Positions 40,690 through 54,722 of a DNA stretch of 64,000 nt are shown piece by piece (the first letter of the stretch is position 1; the number at the start of each line of letters is the position of its first letter). The translations under genes were made by a program, and so were the position numbers. Under the pieces are notes generated by a model. That model saw only the letters and a program-made list of their open reading frames with translations, was not told the DNA's origin and did no database searches. Source of the stretch: Octopus vulgaris. Taxonomy: Eukaryota. Where the stretch lies: the NCBI GenBank assembly GCA_951406725.2, contig OX597833.1, positions 25,420,001 to 25,484,000 on the forward strand. Reading direction: 5' to 3'.

Positions 40690-40850
40690 TCTGTAAATAT
40701 AATATGTGACAATTATTAGGTAGCCATGATAAAACTCCGAGTTTCGGATATCGGGGCATCGGCTGATAACTGAAAAGATGCCGGCGTGGGTTTCGGCCCC
40801 GACATTCGAAATTAAGTTTTATCATGGCTAACAAATAATTGAAACTAAAA
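40690..40850. mobile_element. Small fold-back element with a hammerhead motif
   Basis: 40710-40757 is inverted against 40796-40841. + strand 40764-40824: TGATAA-CTGAAAA-GATGCCGG..CCGACATTC-GAAA-TTAA-GTT^TTATCA. Confidence 0.68.
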
Positions 40851-41729
40851 TCAATCAATCAATCAATCATATATATATATATAACCAATGTTTATATCGA
40901 ACAAGAAAATATTCAATACAGAATACAGAGTGTATTTATATTACGTAGATGTTATATTCCTAGCCAAGAGTTTCATGAACTCTATGACAAGTGGTTATCA
41001 CAAATCGAGAATATGCATACATGTTTGCATACTCGCATACATATATGTGTATATAAGTATATGTGCGTGTATATGTACGTGTATGTTTGTGTGTGTGTAA
41101 ATATATGTGCGTACGTGTGGGAGTGTAATAACACTTATATAAATATCTAATATTGATATTAATATTTGTAATCTTTAATTTTCGTTATTTGCCAATAACC
41201 AGAGATTCAAGGTCTCTGAGACAGGTGGCGATTGCAGATTCGAAATACTTACATGCCCACACGCGCGCTCGTGCACTGTGTATATATGTACACGTGTGCG
41301 TGCATCTGTGTGGGTATATACATATATATAAAATTAAATAATAAGGGTGAAAAATTGAATATTAATTTGATTAATATCAATTTAAAACCAGTGGCCAGCA
41401 TATTGAAAAGCCTGAAGATTCCGAAAAATTATATTACATACATATAATTATATTACATACATATCCCACGTGTGCGCGTGTGTGCTTGTGTAAGTATGTG
41501 TGTTCTATATAGATCTACAGATGTACTTCTTGGGCATATTTTCAATAATGCATCATCGTCATTTGGTGTTTCGTGTCTTATCTCGAGTCACCTGACTGAA
41601 GTTGCTTATTGTTATACCCAGATATCCACTGAATCTAAGTATACAAGACTGGTAATGTGTTCTAGTATTGTATCGATACATGCGTGTAAAACTTATATAT
41701 ACTTAGATAAGTTTCGCTAAGAACTGGCC

Positions 41730-44700
41730 CAGGATATGTCTAACTTAATAGTACCACATGGAAAAGATATTTAATAGTGTTTCCTTCTTACAGTCATTCT
41801 TTGAATAGCGTTGTCCATTTGAGTAATGAGTTATTGCTTGCAGAGGTATATCCAAGTGTAGGGGTTTATCTAGAATTTGTTGGAGATATTCCTCCAGGGC
41901 CCGTTTGAATGTTATGCAAACTTTTTATTCTTTTATGTCTCTTGACATGATGTTAAAGAGAGTAAGGCCAGCTGAGGCGAAATAACTCTGTCTTAGTGTT
42001 GTGAGGTGACACGGGCGTGATTTTTATAAAGGACGGACAGCACGGGGACCAAACCTTGGGTGACTTCTAAAGTCGATGCCAATATCATTTGAGCAGTGCT
42101 GCTGGAATATTTTGAGCATCATAGAAATGATCTAGCGCTTATAGCGGCGTTGGAAGAAATAAAGTTTGAGATTCTGAAGACGATCCCAATAATCAAGACT
42201 TGTCATATCGTCTACTTTCCTTTTGCTCGATCCCTTGGGTGCTTCATTTTTATATTTTATTTCATATAGGGAGACCACAACTAACAACAATATTTAAGGT
42301 GAAGACGGGTGAAAGTGGAACAGCATTGTTTCTGCAAACAATATTTAAGGTGAAGGCGGGTGAAAGTAGAGAAGAGAAAGATAATGGTAGGAGGGTCTCA
42401 TGACGGAAAAGTCTTCAACGATTCAGGAACACGCCCTGCTGGCCATGTCGACTTAGTCGTTTATGTTGACACTCCAGCTTAAGTTGTTGACAGTTACGGC
42501 GAGGACCCTAGCTGTGTTTGATGCTACAAGGTTTTCGCCCGAAGGAAGAGTGTATGATAGTTTAAGTGTAGACTCTTTACTGAAGTAGATTAGTTAAAAT
42601 TTATTCTCGTTTAGCTACATATAGTGTTTTCCGCGCATCCATTAACATCGAGTAGATCCGATTAGAGATTAGTTCGATCTCCTGCATTGCCGACAAAATT
42701 TCAGAAGCTTAACGGCATCTGCGAATATTCTAATGTTGCTGATGACGTCAATGATATCATTGATGTAAATAAAAAGGGTTTAGACCCAGTACAATGTCTT
42801 GTGGGACGCCACTAATGACTCTTACCGAGCTTGATCGAACACCATCTATCACCACTTGCTGGGTTCTGTTTACCAGAATTCATTCAATCACTAATGGTTT
42901 CCATCGGACTCCAGTGTTCGATAGCTTCTTCAGCAGGATGCTGTGGTCACTTTGGCTGAAGGCCTTGATGGAGTCCAGATAGATGACAACATGAAGTGAG
43001 TTGCTCGAGATCTCACCACTCACAAATAATTTGATGATATGAAAGGTAAGTGACATCGGTCCGTAATTCACTGTTAGCAATTTGTTGCCGTTTTGAAAAG
43101 TGGAATAATCGACTGGGAAAGGAAATTTTCAGGAATATAGCTAGCGTCCAGGGATTTCTTCCAGAAAATAGCTAAAGAGAATAGCAATTGATGATGGCAC
43201 TCCAGGATTGTAGCAGAGAACCTGTCGGAGCCTGTTGCTAAGTTGTTTGTAATTTTGTTTATAACTACTATGAGATCTGTGGCGCCAAATGATATATTAG
43301 AGGGTGTGATGGGGGTTTGTTTCACTGATACTGTCAGGATCGACCATGCTGGGATTGCTGAAAGTGGAACAGCATTGTTTCTGCAAATTCTCAACCATGT
43401 TTTCTGTGCGGGCTGTCGTCTTAATACATCACAGGTCCAACGGATGATACGGCTTTTTAGCGAACGAAAACAATTTGGTATTGACTTTTATTTTCTCAAT
43501 GGCCCACTTCCACTTCTTTGACTATCAATGATAGCCCTTATGCAGTTTTGTTTCTTCGATTCCAATAAGGTTATATCTGTCAAGTGCGAGCGTTGCAGTT
43601 GATAATATTCTAGCCGGTTTGTTTTTCAGTTAGTCATTATTATTATATATGCTCTTCTGTTATTGGGATCCCGTGTTTAGTTTTGCTCTTGGTCCGTAGT
43701 GAAGTGTGGTGTGGACGTATACCTGTGACAAGATTAAAAAAATAGCTGCCAGGATGTATTGATACGACTTGGAGTGAGAGAGAGAGAGACAGACAGATAG
43801 AGAGAGCTCTTTTCAAGGAATAAGTAGACTAGTCAATCATTATTAAAATATTATAAGAGAATGGAAGGCTTAGTATTTATGAGGTGATATTTGAAACACG
43901 GTAATGGTGCTTCGGGTGGACTGTAGACCACAATCATTGCTATATCATTAGTTTTGCTATACATAGATTCACTACAACCATTGGAGAAAGAGACATTTGT
44001 ATCTGCAGCAAATGAGTCGTGAAGAAAAATAGCAACTCCTCCCTTTGTTTTACCGGTGAACAGTGCTTAAACAGTGGTGTAATTCCTCTCTTTTATTTCA
44101 GTTTACGAGTGATGGTAAGGTGAGTCTCAGTAAGACCGAAGAATGGAATATGATGAAGATAATCGGTAACCCGAAGTTGAATGACTAAACCTTCTGTATA
44201 TTTTAGTTGAAAAATGGACTGATGCTTTGTGCATTCAGCAAAAAACGTTGAGACTGGAGTGGTGCTCAAAAGATTCTTATGGCTTATTGGCAGCGAGGAA
44301 GGTAGTTTCTGTACAGGAGTAATGTCAGGGGCTGGTTTTGTGTGATAGCTTAGATACTTATCTAAATTTGTTTTGCAAGGTTACGCATGAATGAAAACAA
44401 AACAATTTATCTTGCTAGGGAGAATTTAGCAGCTGAAGTTGTGGTTACACTGACAGTTCTGTTCATTGTTTGATTTGTTAAATGGTCATACTAAATGTTC
44501 TCTAGTTTCCCGAGTTGGTGGCAAAATTTGTGTTGAGGCCGTTGACTTTGTTTTGTTTTTGCTTTGGCTGGGTGCGGTCTTGATACCTGAGTTGAGGGAA
44601 AAGCACATGCTGGTATTTCTGCAAAAGGGTGTGTTTTATGGAGACTTTGAGGATGGAGGAATATGTTGATAACAATGATACGTCGAGTCCCGTGCAGATG

Positions 44701-45700
44701 CGCAAACATACACTTTTAATGTAGACATAATCCCCAGTTGTGGTTGCAGATTTTAGGATTACAAATTGATTTAGATTTTGGTGTTGGTGCAGTTATAGCA
44801 AAAATGCTATGTTTGGAGTTGTTTTTATTCATTAGGGTCTTGCACCTGGTAGATGAGGGAAATTGCACACACGGTATATGCGCAGTCTCGCGCATAAAGA
44901 GTTGCTGCATATTTTAGCATTTTATTGTAGACGCGTGGGTCCCTAAAGGGACAGTGGATTGTAAATAGTTTTAAGTTTAAATTTGTTTGACTTTGAACAC
45001 ATAGGAGTGGTGGAGAAGGAGAAAGAAGGTGTGGTTGAGGTTGGACACCAGCAGATGTAGTAGTAGAGGCAGGGGTGGTGGGTGAGGGAGAAAGGCGTGT
45101 TTGAGATTGGTTAAAAGCAGGAGTAGAAGTGGAAGGAGGAGGAGAAGAAGAAGAAGAAGAAGAAGAAGAAGAAGAAGAAGAAGAAGAAGAAGAAGAAGGA
45201 GGAGGAGGAGAAGAAGAAGGAGAAGAAGAAGAAGAAGAAGAAGGAGAAGAAGAAGAAGAAGAAGAAGAAGAAGAAGAAGAAGAAGAAGAAGAAGAAGAAG
45301 AAGAAGAAGAAGAAGACGGCACAGTAACGACGATGTCAATGATGATGGTGTTCAGTCTTTTGTTGTATGGTGGTTTAGAGAACTTGCTGCTGCAGTTGTC
45401 CTTATTGCTGTGGTAGTTGCCGTGGTAGCTGTTTTTTTGTGGTTATTATAGTTTGTTTTATTTTCCTTACTGCTGCTCATCTTGGGTTGCGCTTATTGAA
45501 AAAAATTTGAACGAGTTTATCCACGTGATTCATTGTGGTACGATATACAATAGTAATTTGCTTCAGTTTGTTTTGAAGTTGTCTCTATTTTCGGCTACTA
45601 AAAAGGCGAACAACCCCTTTAGCAAGGAGATTTATGCGTGAAGCAGGGATGTTGTCGTTCTGAGAAAGAATAAAACATGCGTTGATAAGAATGTCGATTG
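41730..45700 (-). mobile_element. Decayed near-full-length CR1/L2-group LINE (ORF1-like region, APE endonuclease, RT)
   Basis: GLTETHL and GVAIF (APE, ~44020-44140); ATGSDRFSATIL..IFWKKSLDASYIP..IIPLFK; VIYLDSIKAFSQSDHSILLKKL; SGVPQ..VLG; FAD. The 5' boundary is uncertain. Confidence 0.8.
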
Positions 45701-46172
45701 TGGACGAGCTGTGTGGGCATTGTGGCGTTTCTTCGCTTTTCTACTGTACATACCATAAGTATTGATTATCGTATTAGAATAATAATCCAATCATATAGCA
45801 ATATGCATTGGTAGTGAGCACACAAGTAATATATATATATATTATATGCTATATATGCATTATACAATACTCATAAGTACAAATATGAAAATAAAACTAC
45901 TTACATATAAGCATTTAGTTAATTTTGCTGTTGTTGATATTCGGTGAAAATGGTTGAAGATGTCATATCGAGCAAATACTTGGTGCGTATTTAATAGCAG
46001 AAAATGCTTTTGGTACGGGTTGGCTAAATTCCTTATAAGTGTATAGAATGGACACGTGACGAAATAAATTCAAACGAGTTACTAGGGCGTTAAAGTTAGT
46101 GAGTATGTGAACTGCAGTTCTGCATATTACGGAACATTAGGCGATCACGACAAGCGATAACTGGCAATTATA

Positions 46173-46221
<49 letters not shown>

Positions 46222-46226
<5 letters not shown>

Positions 46227-46535
46227 TAATAAGTTGAACGAAGATGTTAACAAAATTCCTTTACTCTCGACATATGTTTCGAAGACAACATGGTTTTATT
46301 CCAAAGGAATAAACGGTGCAAGATGCATATGTCGAGAGTAAAGGAATGTTGTTAACATCTTCGTTCAACTCCATTTATTTATATAAAACACACAAATTTC
46401 TGCACATGAACCCGGAGTTTCTACTCTTGGACAGGTCGCTTCAACCGTGTTTCTGACGTGAATTTGCTACCCTGTTATCGGTTCATCGAATTTTCCATGT
46501 TGACGGTAAACATAGGATAATTCATTCACCTATCG
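46222..46535. mobile_element. Fold-back HHR-tail element, same family as 27640-28040
   Basis: 46232-46276 is inverted against 46326-46370. The junction falls at the CATATG stem III palindrome. Confidence 0.75.
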
Positions 46536-46544
46536 ATATATATA

Positions 46545-47833
46545 CGAGGGGCGTTCAATAAGTAATGCCCCTGACCCACTTCCCATAGCAGTAGAGCAAC
46601 GAAACTTGGCACAGTTATTAGTCTTTTTCTACATAGCAACCGCCCAGAGTTACGCATTTCTCCCATTGTTTGATGCAGCTCTGGAGACCGTTTTTGTAGA
46701 AGACCCCAGCTTGGTCCTCCAACCTGAACGTGACTTCAGAAATCAAGGCTGCATCATCTGGGAAACGCTTTCCTTTCAAAAACAACTTCATGACTGGGAA
46801 GAGGTGAAAATCAGAGGGTGCAAGGTCAGGAAAGTAGGGGGATGGGGAGGAGTTCATAGCCATACGCCTGTGCTTCTGATCTGGCGACAAGCGAGTTGTG
46901 GACCGGAGCGTTCTCCTGCATGAGGAGGATGCCTTTGCTGATCTTGCCCCGCCTCTTGATTTTGATAACTTCTCTTAATTTCCTCAGAAGTGAAGCATAA
47001 TAGGCTCCTGCAATTGTGGTACCCTTTGCCAGGAAATCTGACATCACTACTCCGTCCTGGTCCCAGAAGACTGTGAGCATGACCTTGCCAGCAGAGGGCT
47101 GCACCCTTGCCTTCTTTGGAGGGGGTGAGTCACGGTGCTTCCACTGCATTGACTGGGCTTTGGTCTCTGGATCATCGTGATGGACCCAGGTTTCATCCTG
47201 TGTGATCAGTCTTTTGAAAAATTTTGACTCATCTTCTTGGCACATATCCAAATTCACCCTCGAGCACTCGACGCGTTCTTGCTTCTGGAAAGGCGTGAGC
47301 AACCTGGGAATCCATCTGGCAGACACCTTTTGCATATGCAAATGGTCATGAATGATAGTTTCCACAGACCCGGTACTAATCTTGACCTCATGGGCTATTT
47401 GGCGAATAATTATGCGTCGATCTTCCAAAATGGCAGCCTCAACTTGACGGACATATGCCTCATCAATGGCAGAAGGGGCGACCAGATCTGGGAGCTGTTT
47501 CCACAGAGTTCCGACCATGTTTGAATTCACGATGCCAGCGTTTTACAAGGTCATATGATGGGGCATCATCACCATAAGTTACTTTCATTTCATCATAAGT
47601 CTCCCGTGGTGTGCGTCCTTTCAAATACAAAAAAGGGATCACTGCTCGACACTCAACATGCTCTATTTCACACTTGACTCGGTTCAAACACCTGTAAATC
47701 AGAAACCACAATTAATTCAGAGCTGTAATTTTCCAGTTACTCTATAGAGATATAAATGATTGCACATGCAAAATTTCAGCTAGATCAAACAACTGCAAGT
47801 GGGTCAGAGGCATTACTTATTGAACGTCCCTCG
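46545..47833 (-). mobile_element. Full-length mariner (DD34D type) with TIRs and TA TSD; transposase frameshifted
   Basis: TIRs cgaggggcgttcaataagtaatgcccctgacccactt / aagtgggtcagaggcattacttattgaacgtccctcg. Motifs WIPRLL, TQDETW, QENA (D>E) and PDLAPSDFHLF fall in three frames. Confidence 0.93.
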
Positions 47834-47836
47834 TAT

Positions 47837-47939
<103 letters not shown>

Positions 47940-48073
47940 TAGATATAGATATATTGCTATATACATACATACATACATACATACATACATACATACATAC
48001 ATACATACATACATACATACATACATACATACATACATACATACATAAATACATACATACATGCATACATATA

Positions 48074-48932
48074 GAGGGTGCTGGGAATATATTGTCGTCT
48101 AAATAGCGCAAAAATGAAAAGAGTACTGACATCAACTGATATATTTACTGACCTTCAACAGATATATTTACCAAAATTACATAAAAGATATTTTGAAATA
48201 CTAAAGAGTAAATTTATTCAGTAAAAGAGCGATTGGCTTCAACCATAGCCTCCAGATGACTTTGGAATTCTCTCCAGATGGTGAATGCTGCTATAATCCT
48301 CGTCTTCAGTTCATCTTTGGTGTTACGAGGAGTTTTGTTGGTCACTCGCTCAACTGCGCCACACACATAATAACCAACGGGGTTGTAGTCTGAGGAGTTA
48401 GATGGCCAGATGATACGGGTGATATCGTTGCAGAAATTGTCTGACAGCCATAACTGGGTTCTCCTGGTTGTGTGGCATGCTGCAAAGTCCTGTTGCCAGA
48501 CGTAGGGTCTCTCAGCAGCTACCCTCTTAACCCGGGGCAGCACTACTTTCCTCTTGCACTTGATGTAGGCCTCGTGTTGAGTCTGAGTCCGTGTGGGAAG
48601 ATGAATGGATGCATAACGTTGCCATCACAAGTGATCACTCCAAACACCATGATGTCTGGATGTTTTATTTTTATCACTCGCGGTACATGTTTTAGTGACA
48701 CAGTAAGCGAACAGTTGTATTCACCATCTGTTCGTATTGGAGTTTCTGGCTCGAATTCCAAGCAGTACAGGACGTCGTTTCCAAATCTCTGGCAGAGTGA
48801 ATTGCGTCATGGTGGCGTTTTTCGGACAGACGGTGCCCAACTGACCCAACTATACTGTGTTGTCAACAAAATCAGAAACAAACAATGCGCATGCGTGAAA
48901 ATATAAAATGGTGACAATTTACCCATCGCACC

Positions 48933-48935
<3 letters not shown>
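48074..48935 (-). mobile_element. Internally deleted Tc1/mariner DD37D (maT-like) element
   Basis: KHPDIMVFGVITCDG..; YVWQQDFAACH..IWPSNSSDYNPVGYYVCG; imperfect TIRs. Confidence 0.8.
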
Positions 48936-48977
<42 letters not shown>

Positions 48978-49699
48978 GAGAGAAAAGGAGAGAGGATTCA
49001 GATGACGATGACGCTGTTATAATTATTATTCATCTTACATAATTTTGGTAATTAATAATAAATGTGACAAAAACCAATATATCAGTTTATACAAAATGAA
49101 AAAGATTTGTGTAAAAGCCATATAATATTAATTGAAATAATCCATCAACCATTTTATATGCATATAGTAAATATCTAGTTCCCTTAATCTGTCAGTTAAC
49201 CACCCTGGTGATTCACAATTGCTTTAACAGAAACTTAATTTATGTCTAAGATATATATGGTGTACCCTATGTCATTGCATTTATTTAAACTATATGACGA
49301 TGTAAGTGAATATTGTATTTATGCCCAGTCTGATGAAATGTTTGCCGTAAATTTTCATGTTTTACATAAACCTTTTTTTATATTTTGTAGAACCTAACAC
49401 ATTCATTGTTTCAGTCGTTATCTAAACGATTGGAACTGATAAATAAATGCTATACGGGCCTCTGCTTCCTTTATTTGTCCACATTTAGACTCTTCGGTGG
49501 ATGCAATCAACTATTGATGTCTGCATTTTCCTGGACTTCGCATTTTGCAGGGAATATCTTTTGGGGCATCAAATGTTTAGCGTTTTACAGTCATACTCTG
49601 CTTCCCTGACTTCCGCAAGAGTCATGACTGAGGTACAATCCAGGATTTCATAAATTCCTATTCCCTTACAATATGTGTGTGTGTGTCTTTTTGTTTATG

Positions 49700-49743
<44 letters not shown>

Positions 49744-49759
49744 TCACATATATAGATAT

Positions 49760-50233
49760 ATATAGTGACTCTGAGCCGACCAAAGCCTTGTGAGTAGATT
49801 TGGTAGGAGGAAAGTGAAACATACCCATAGTATATATATATATACATATATATTTAAGCTTGTTATATATATATATATATAAGCTTGTTGTTAACAAAAG
49901 TCGAGATGCGTGGCGTTCTGTTACTCAATATATGAAAATGCATTAAATATTACAAATCGTACACGTAGGACATATAAAGAAGGACCGTAATTCTTCATCA
50001 GTTATCCTCCGAAAAATATTTATAAAACCCATATACATCTCACTGTTTTTATGTCTGTGTTTGTCCTTCCCCACCTCACGCCGCTTGACAATCGGTTTTG
50101 GTGCATTTACCTCTCTGGTTCGGCAGACAGAACCGATAGCATTAAGTTCTGCGCACGATTTTTCCAAATAGAACTTTCAAGGCTGTGTCCCAACATGGTC
50201 GCTGTGAAATAACTGCAACAAGTAATAGATAAA

Positions 50234-50235
<2 letters not shown>
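49760..50235 (+). mobile_element. SINE family A, diverged, 5'-truncated and interrupted
   Basis: gccgaccaaagccttgtgagtagatttggtag ... cgcttgacaatcgg..ggttcggca..accgatag. Confidence 0.6.
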
Positions 50236-50269
<34 letters not shown>

Positions 50270-50623
50270 GAGCAAAGTGCCCCTCGTCCAATGGACGGTG
50301 CTGAGTTGTCATGCATTTAAACCAGATTTTCTCAAAACAGCTTGTCCGACCGTCCCATAGGCCTTCCCGTTGAGAAACACTGATTTAACCTAAATTTGAG
50401 GCACCAGCAAAAGAAGAAATAAAGATAGACTTTTTTCTATTCCAAAGAATGCTTTATCGATCGCATTTTCACCTGGAATCGATTTTTGTAATTTTTGCAA
50501 GATTTATACTCGCCCTGATACCGTCGGTATCTACATATCAAATTTGAGCTTAATCAGATGGAGATGCCCGAGATCCTAGAAGACACACACACAGACAGAC
50601 GGAACGGATTTTATATAATCTAC

Positions 50624-50687
<64 letters not shown>

Positions 50688-50696
50688 ATATATATA

Positions 50697-50780
<84 letters not shown>

Positions 50781-51144
50781 TTATGTATGTATAATTTTAT
50801 CTTAAATGTTTTCAGCTATACATAGACGTACATACATACAAACATACGTACGCATATGCATAGATACACTTACACACACACAGAAACACACATATACAGA
50901 CAATATACACACAAAGACATGCACACACACACATATTTCAGAGCTACCTTTATTGTTATTAATTTTCCGTTAGCTTGCTCCCTCGATTTCAAAATGTGTG
51001 TAACTTTCTGATGATTTGTAAAGTGGCAGGACGATTTAGCGCCTATTTTCAGCATATAGGCTAGAATTTGTATATGCCCTTAAATACATATATATATAGT
51101 TAGCAGTAAGTGAAGAATTTCCTGATGCAAATCTTCAAAAGATT

Positions 51145-51176
<32 letters not shown>

Positions 51177-52700
51177 AGTGTGTGTGTGTATATATATCTG
51201 TATGTGTATATGCTTGTATGTACGTTTGTATGTATGTATGTCTACGTATTGCTGGAACCAATTCAGATGTTTTATCGCAGTAAGAATCGAAATAGTTTTT
51301 GCCACATATAGTAGTCGACGTTGTTTTATTGTCAGTCATTAGTCTTTTCATTTTTTATACCCAGTCCGCTAACTGTCAGATGTTATATAATTGGAACGGC
51401 TTATTCACGTTTTTTTTTCCCGATTTTATTTATATAAATTTAACGAACATACAGAAACACGCACACACATTCATCCACACATACACGTACAAATAAACAT
51501 GCACGCCTGTTAATTCATAAATATGTCTGTGAATTCATAAATGGGACCTGAAAATGCTTAGAAATCCACATACACACACTTTTATATGTCTCTCAAGTTA
51601 AAGAGGAAAAGGATTGTACGTATAATAAAGAACAGAATACAGTTTTAAAATGGAATCTGAAAATGATTTAATTGCCGTAAAGTCCTACATTGGTATCAAC
51701 GTTTCCATTCTAACACCTTTCTTCTAAGGTGGATAGAAGGAAATACCTTATGGTTCGAATGTTTGCATCTAAGTAAAACATTATATATATGTGCGAGGCT
51801 GTCTTGTGCTGCGCTTTATTGTATTTGTAGCATATGTAATTTGTGTCCTTTGTCGTTTACTTATTTTATTCATTGAACTAAAGCCATGATGGGGCAACTC
51901 CTTAAAGAGTTTTAATCTAACAAACAGAACCCAGTGATTATATTTGCTTCTTTTTGTTGTTTTTCATTTTGGTACTTATTCTATCGGTCTCACCCTATGC
52001 TACGGTGGCGTAAACAGACCGACACCAGCAGTCAAGCAGTAGGGATGAGAATAGTGAAGATAGAAACAACTTATTATCATACATTTATGTAGCGGGAATC
52101 TGGTACATCGCTACACGATAATTCTTATATACAGCTAAATGACATAGAAAAGAGTATTACTTGAAATCCTACTGGCCATGGTACCCGCCCATAGTATCAA
52201 TGCAAGAATCGATAGATCAAGATATAAATATCTTCAATAGATTTGATTAATTCATATACTTTATCGTGTGTTGTGTAATTATCTACATATTCGATATATT
52301 GAGCTTTTGAAATTAGATATAACTGACGTGATTTATGTTTTCTCACGTACCTCTAAGTCACTACATTATTGGTCCTGGTTACACACATATGATGATAGGA
52401 CCTCCATCGGAAATTTTATTGGTTCGCATCTGGTTCGTATCTGGCTACTGACGTAGCCTAAAATCAGTAAATAACCCAATTCTTCTAATTCTAAATCTAT
52501 ATACCGTATCGTGTTCTGGTTAAATAAAGTAACTAGATGTGAATACAGCCAGCAGTATATCAGAGCACACTGTACCAGCGCACTTAACTCTAAACATTCC
52601 GGGGTCCACATAAGATTTTGTTACTAAAGTTTGATGCGACGAATTGGCTATACTTCTACAATATACAATATACAAAATATTCCTACAAAATGTTCAACTA

Positions 52701-52865
52701 GGCGCAGGAGTGGTTGTGTGGTAAGTAGCTTGCTTACCAACCACATAGTTTCAGGTTCATTCCCTCTGCGTGGCACCTTGGGCAAGTGTCTTCTACTATA
52801 TCCTCGGGCCGACCAGAGCCTTGTGAGTTGATTTGGTAGACGGAAACTGAAAGAAGGCCGTCGTA

Positions 52866-52914
<49 letters not shown>

Positions 52915-53106
52915 GTGTGTGTGTGTGTGTGTATGTATATATATGTCCCCCCAACATCGCTTGACAACCGATGGTGGTGTGGGTACATCCCCGTAACTTA
53001 GCGGTTCGGCAAAAGAGACCGATAGAGTAAGTACTAGGATTACTAAAGGCGGTGCTCCAGCATGGCCACAGTCAAATGACTGAAACAAGTAAATGAGTAA
53101 AAGAGT
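52701..53106 (+). mobile_element. SINE family A, near full length
   Basis: Colinear with 27206-27607, with a short internal deletion. Confidence 0.88.
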
Positions 53107-53852
53107 ATCAGTAGTCCAGACTGTCTCGATAGATCTCAGGGCGACAATACGGTAAATTTTTTTCATGTGCGTTGCATAGGATGACATTCAAAGCGATAAG
53201 CTTCCTATCATAAACTGGTGTCCTAACCACGTACATAGATTTATCTGATTAGTTTAATGCCTCAGTAGAAACCGCTGAAAATATTGTCATAGCGGATGAT
53301 GAACAATGATAACAATCCTTGATCAGCGAAAAGGTAGCAGTGCAGAAAAGGAGATGAACAATGGGCAATAGACAATGTTAGGTAGGTAGTGTTCAATACT
53401 CAATGGGCAGCGCACAATCTGTAGTAGGTAGTGGACATAAAAAAAAGTGGACAGCAATAGCCAATTGAACGTTCACCTTAGGTAGTATACAAAGTGTAAA
53501 AAAGGAATGACTGTAATTAATATAAAGAGGTTTATGTAAAAAAAATAAAACAATATACAGTGGACAATTAATAATATACATTGAATGTATACAGCGGGTA
53601 GAGAACAATAACCGTTTCACAGTAAAAAGTTTAGCGGAGACAGTGAACAATATTCAGTGAAGAGTAAAGCGTGGGTATTGGATTGTGAACAATATATAAT
53701 GGACAATGAATAATGTACTATAGATAGTGAACGAGTGCATATGCTAAGACAGTCATACAATCTTGGCATATCATATATTAAATATCTATTACCGTTTCTC
53801 TCACTTTCACTTTTAGTCTGTCTTTGTCTCCCTATGTCTCTCTCTGTCTCTT

Positions 53853-53890
<38 letters not shown>

Positions 53891-54291
53891 ACATTCTCTC
53901 CATTTTTCTATCATTCATTCCCGAAGCTAGCAGGATATGTGTATTTTAATGTCCCCAGAAGGAAAGCTTAATAAATTATTAATTATAACAATTACCATAA
54001 CCAGTGAACGGTGTAATGTAGTTGAAAGTTATAATTGATTTTGTATCTCACACACAAAGCGACACACAGACTAGGAAAACTTCTATAGCGTTAAATCATG
54101 TGTCTAAGACCGAGGAGTCATAAATATGTATACTTATGTATTTATTTATTCATATATTTTTGTATGCGTGCGTGTGTATGTGTATGAGTGTGTGAGTTTG
54201 TATGTATGTAATCGTGCATACGCGCACAAATACGTACGTGTACATATTTATATAGTATATGTATATAAGTAATATAAGTAAGGGAGAAAGA

Positions 54292-54349
<58 letters not shown>

Positions 54350-54354
54350 GTATG

Positions 54355-54397
<43 letters not shown>

Positions 54398-54424
54398 ATA
54401 TATGTGTGTGTGTGTGTGAGTGTG

Positions 54425-54457
<33 letters not shown>

Positions 54458-54636
54458 TTGTTTTTATTTATATATGTAAATACATACATAGATTCATATG
54501 TAAGTATGCATGTATGTATTATTGAGTTTAAGTACAGACAATGATCAGTTTAGGAAAAGAGTAGAATTTTGTGGAAATTATTGATGTTTTGTATTGTCAA
54601 AATAATAATAATAATAATAATGATGATAATAATAAT

Positions 54637-54722
<86 letters not shown>

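Noticed and set aside
44825-45451. Poly-S/E/R/L ORFs
   Set aside because: A (GAA/GGA)n expansion within the LINE 5' region.
49325-49370. CTGATGA motif
   Set aside because: No downstream GAAA and no helices.
50270-50620. Possible Helitron/HINE-like element (aaatttgagcttaatcagatg..acagacagac..ttttatataat)
   Set aside because: Resemblance only; single copy in the window and termini not demonstrable.
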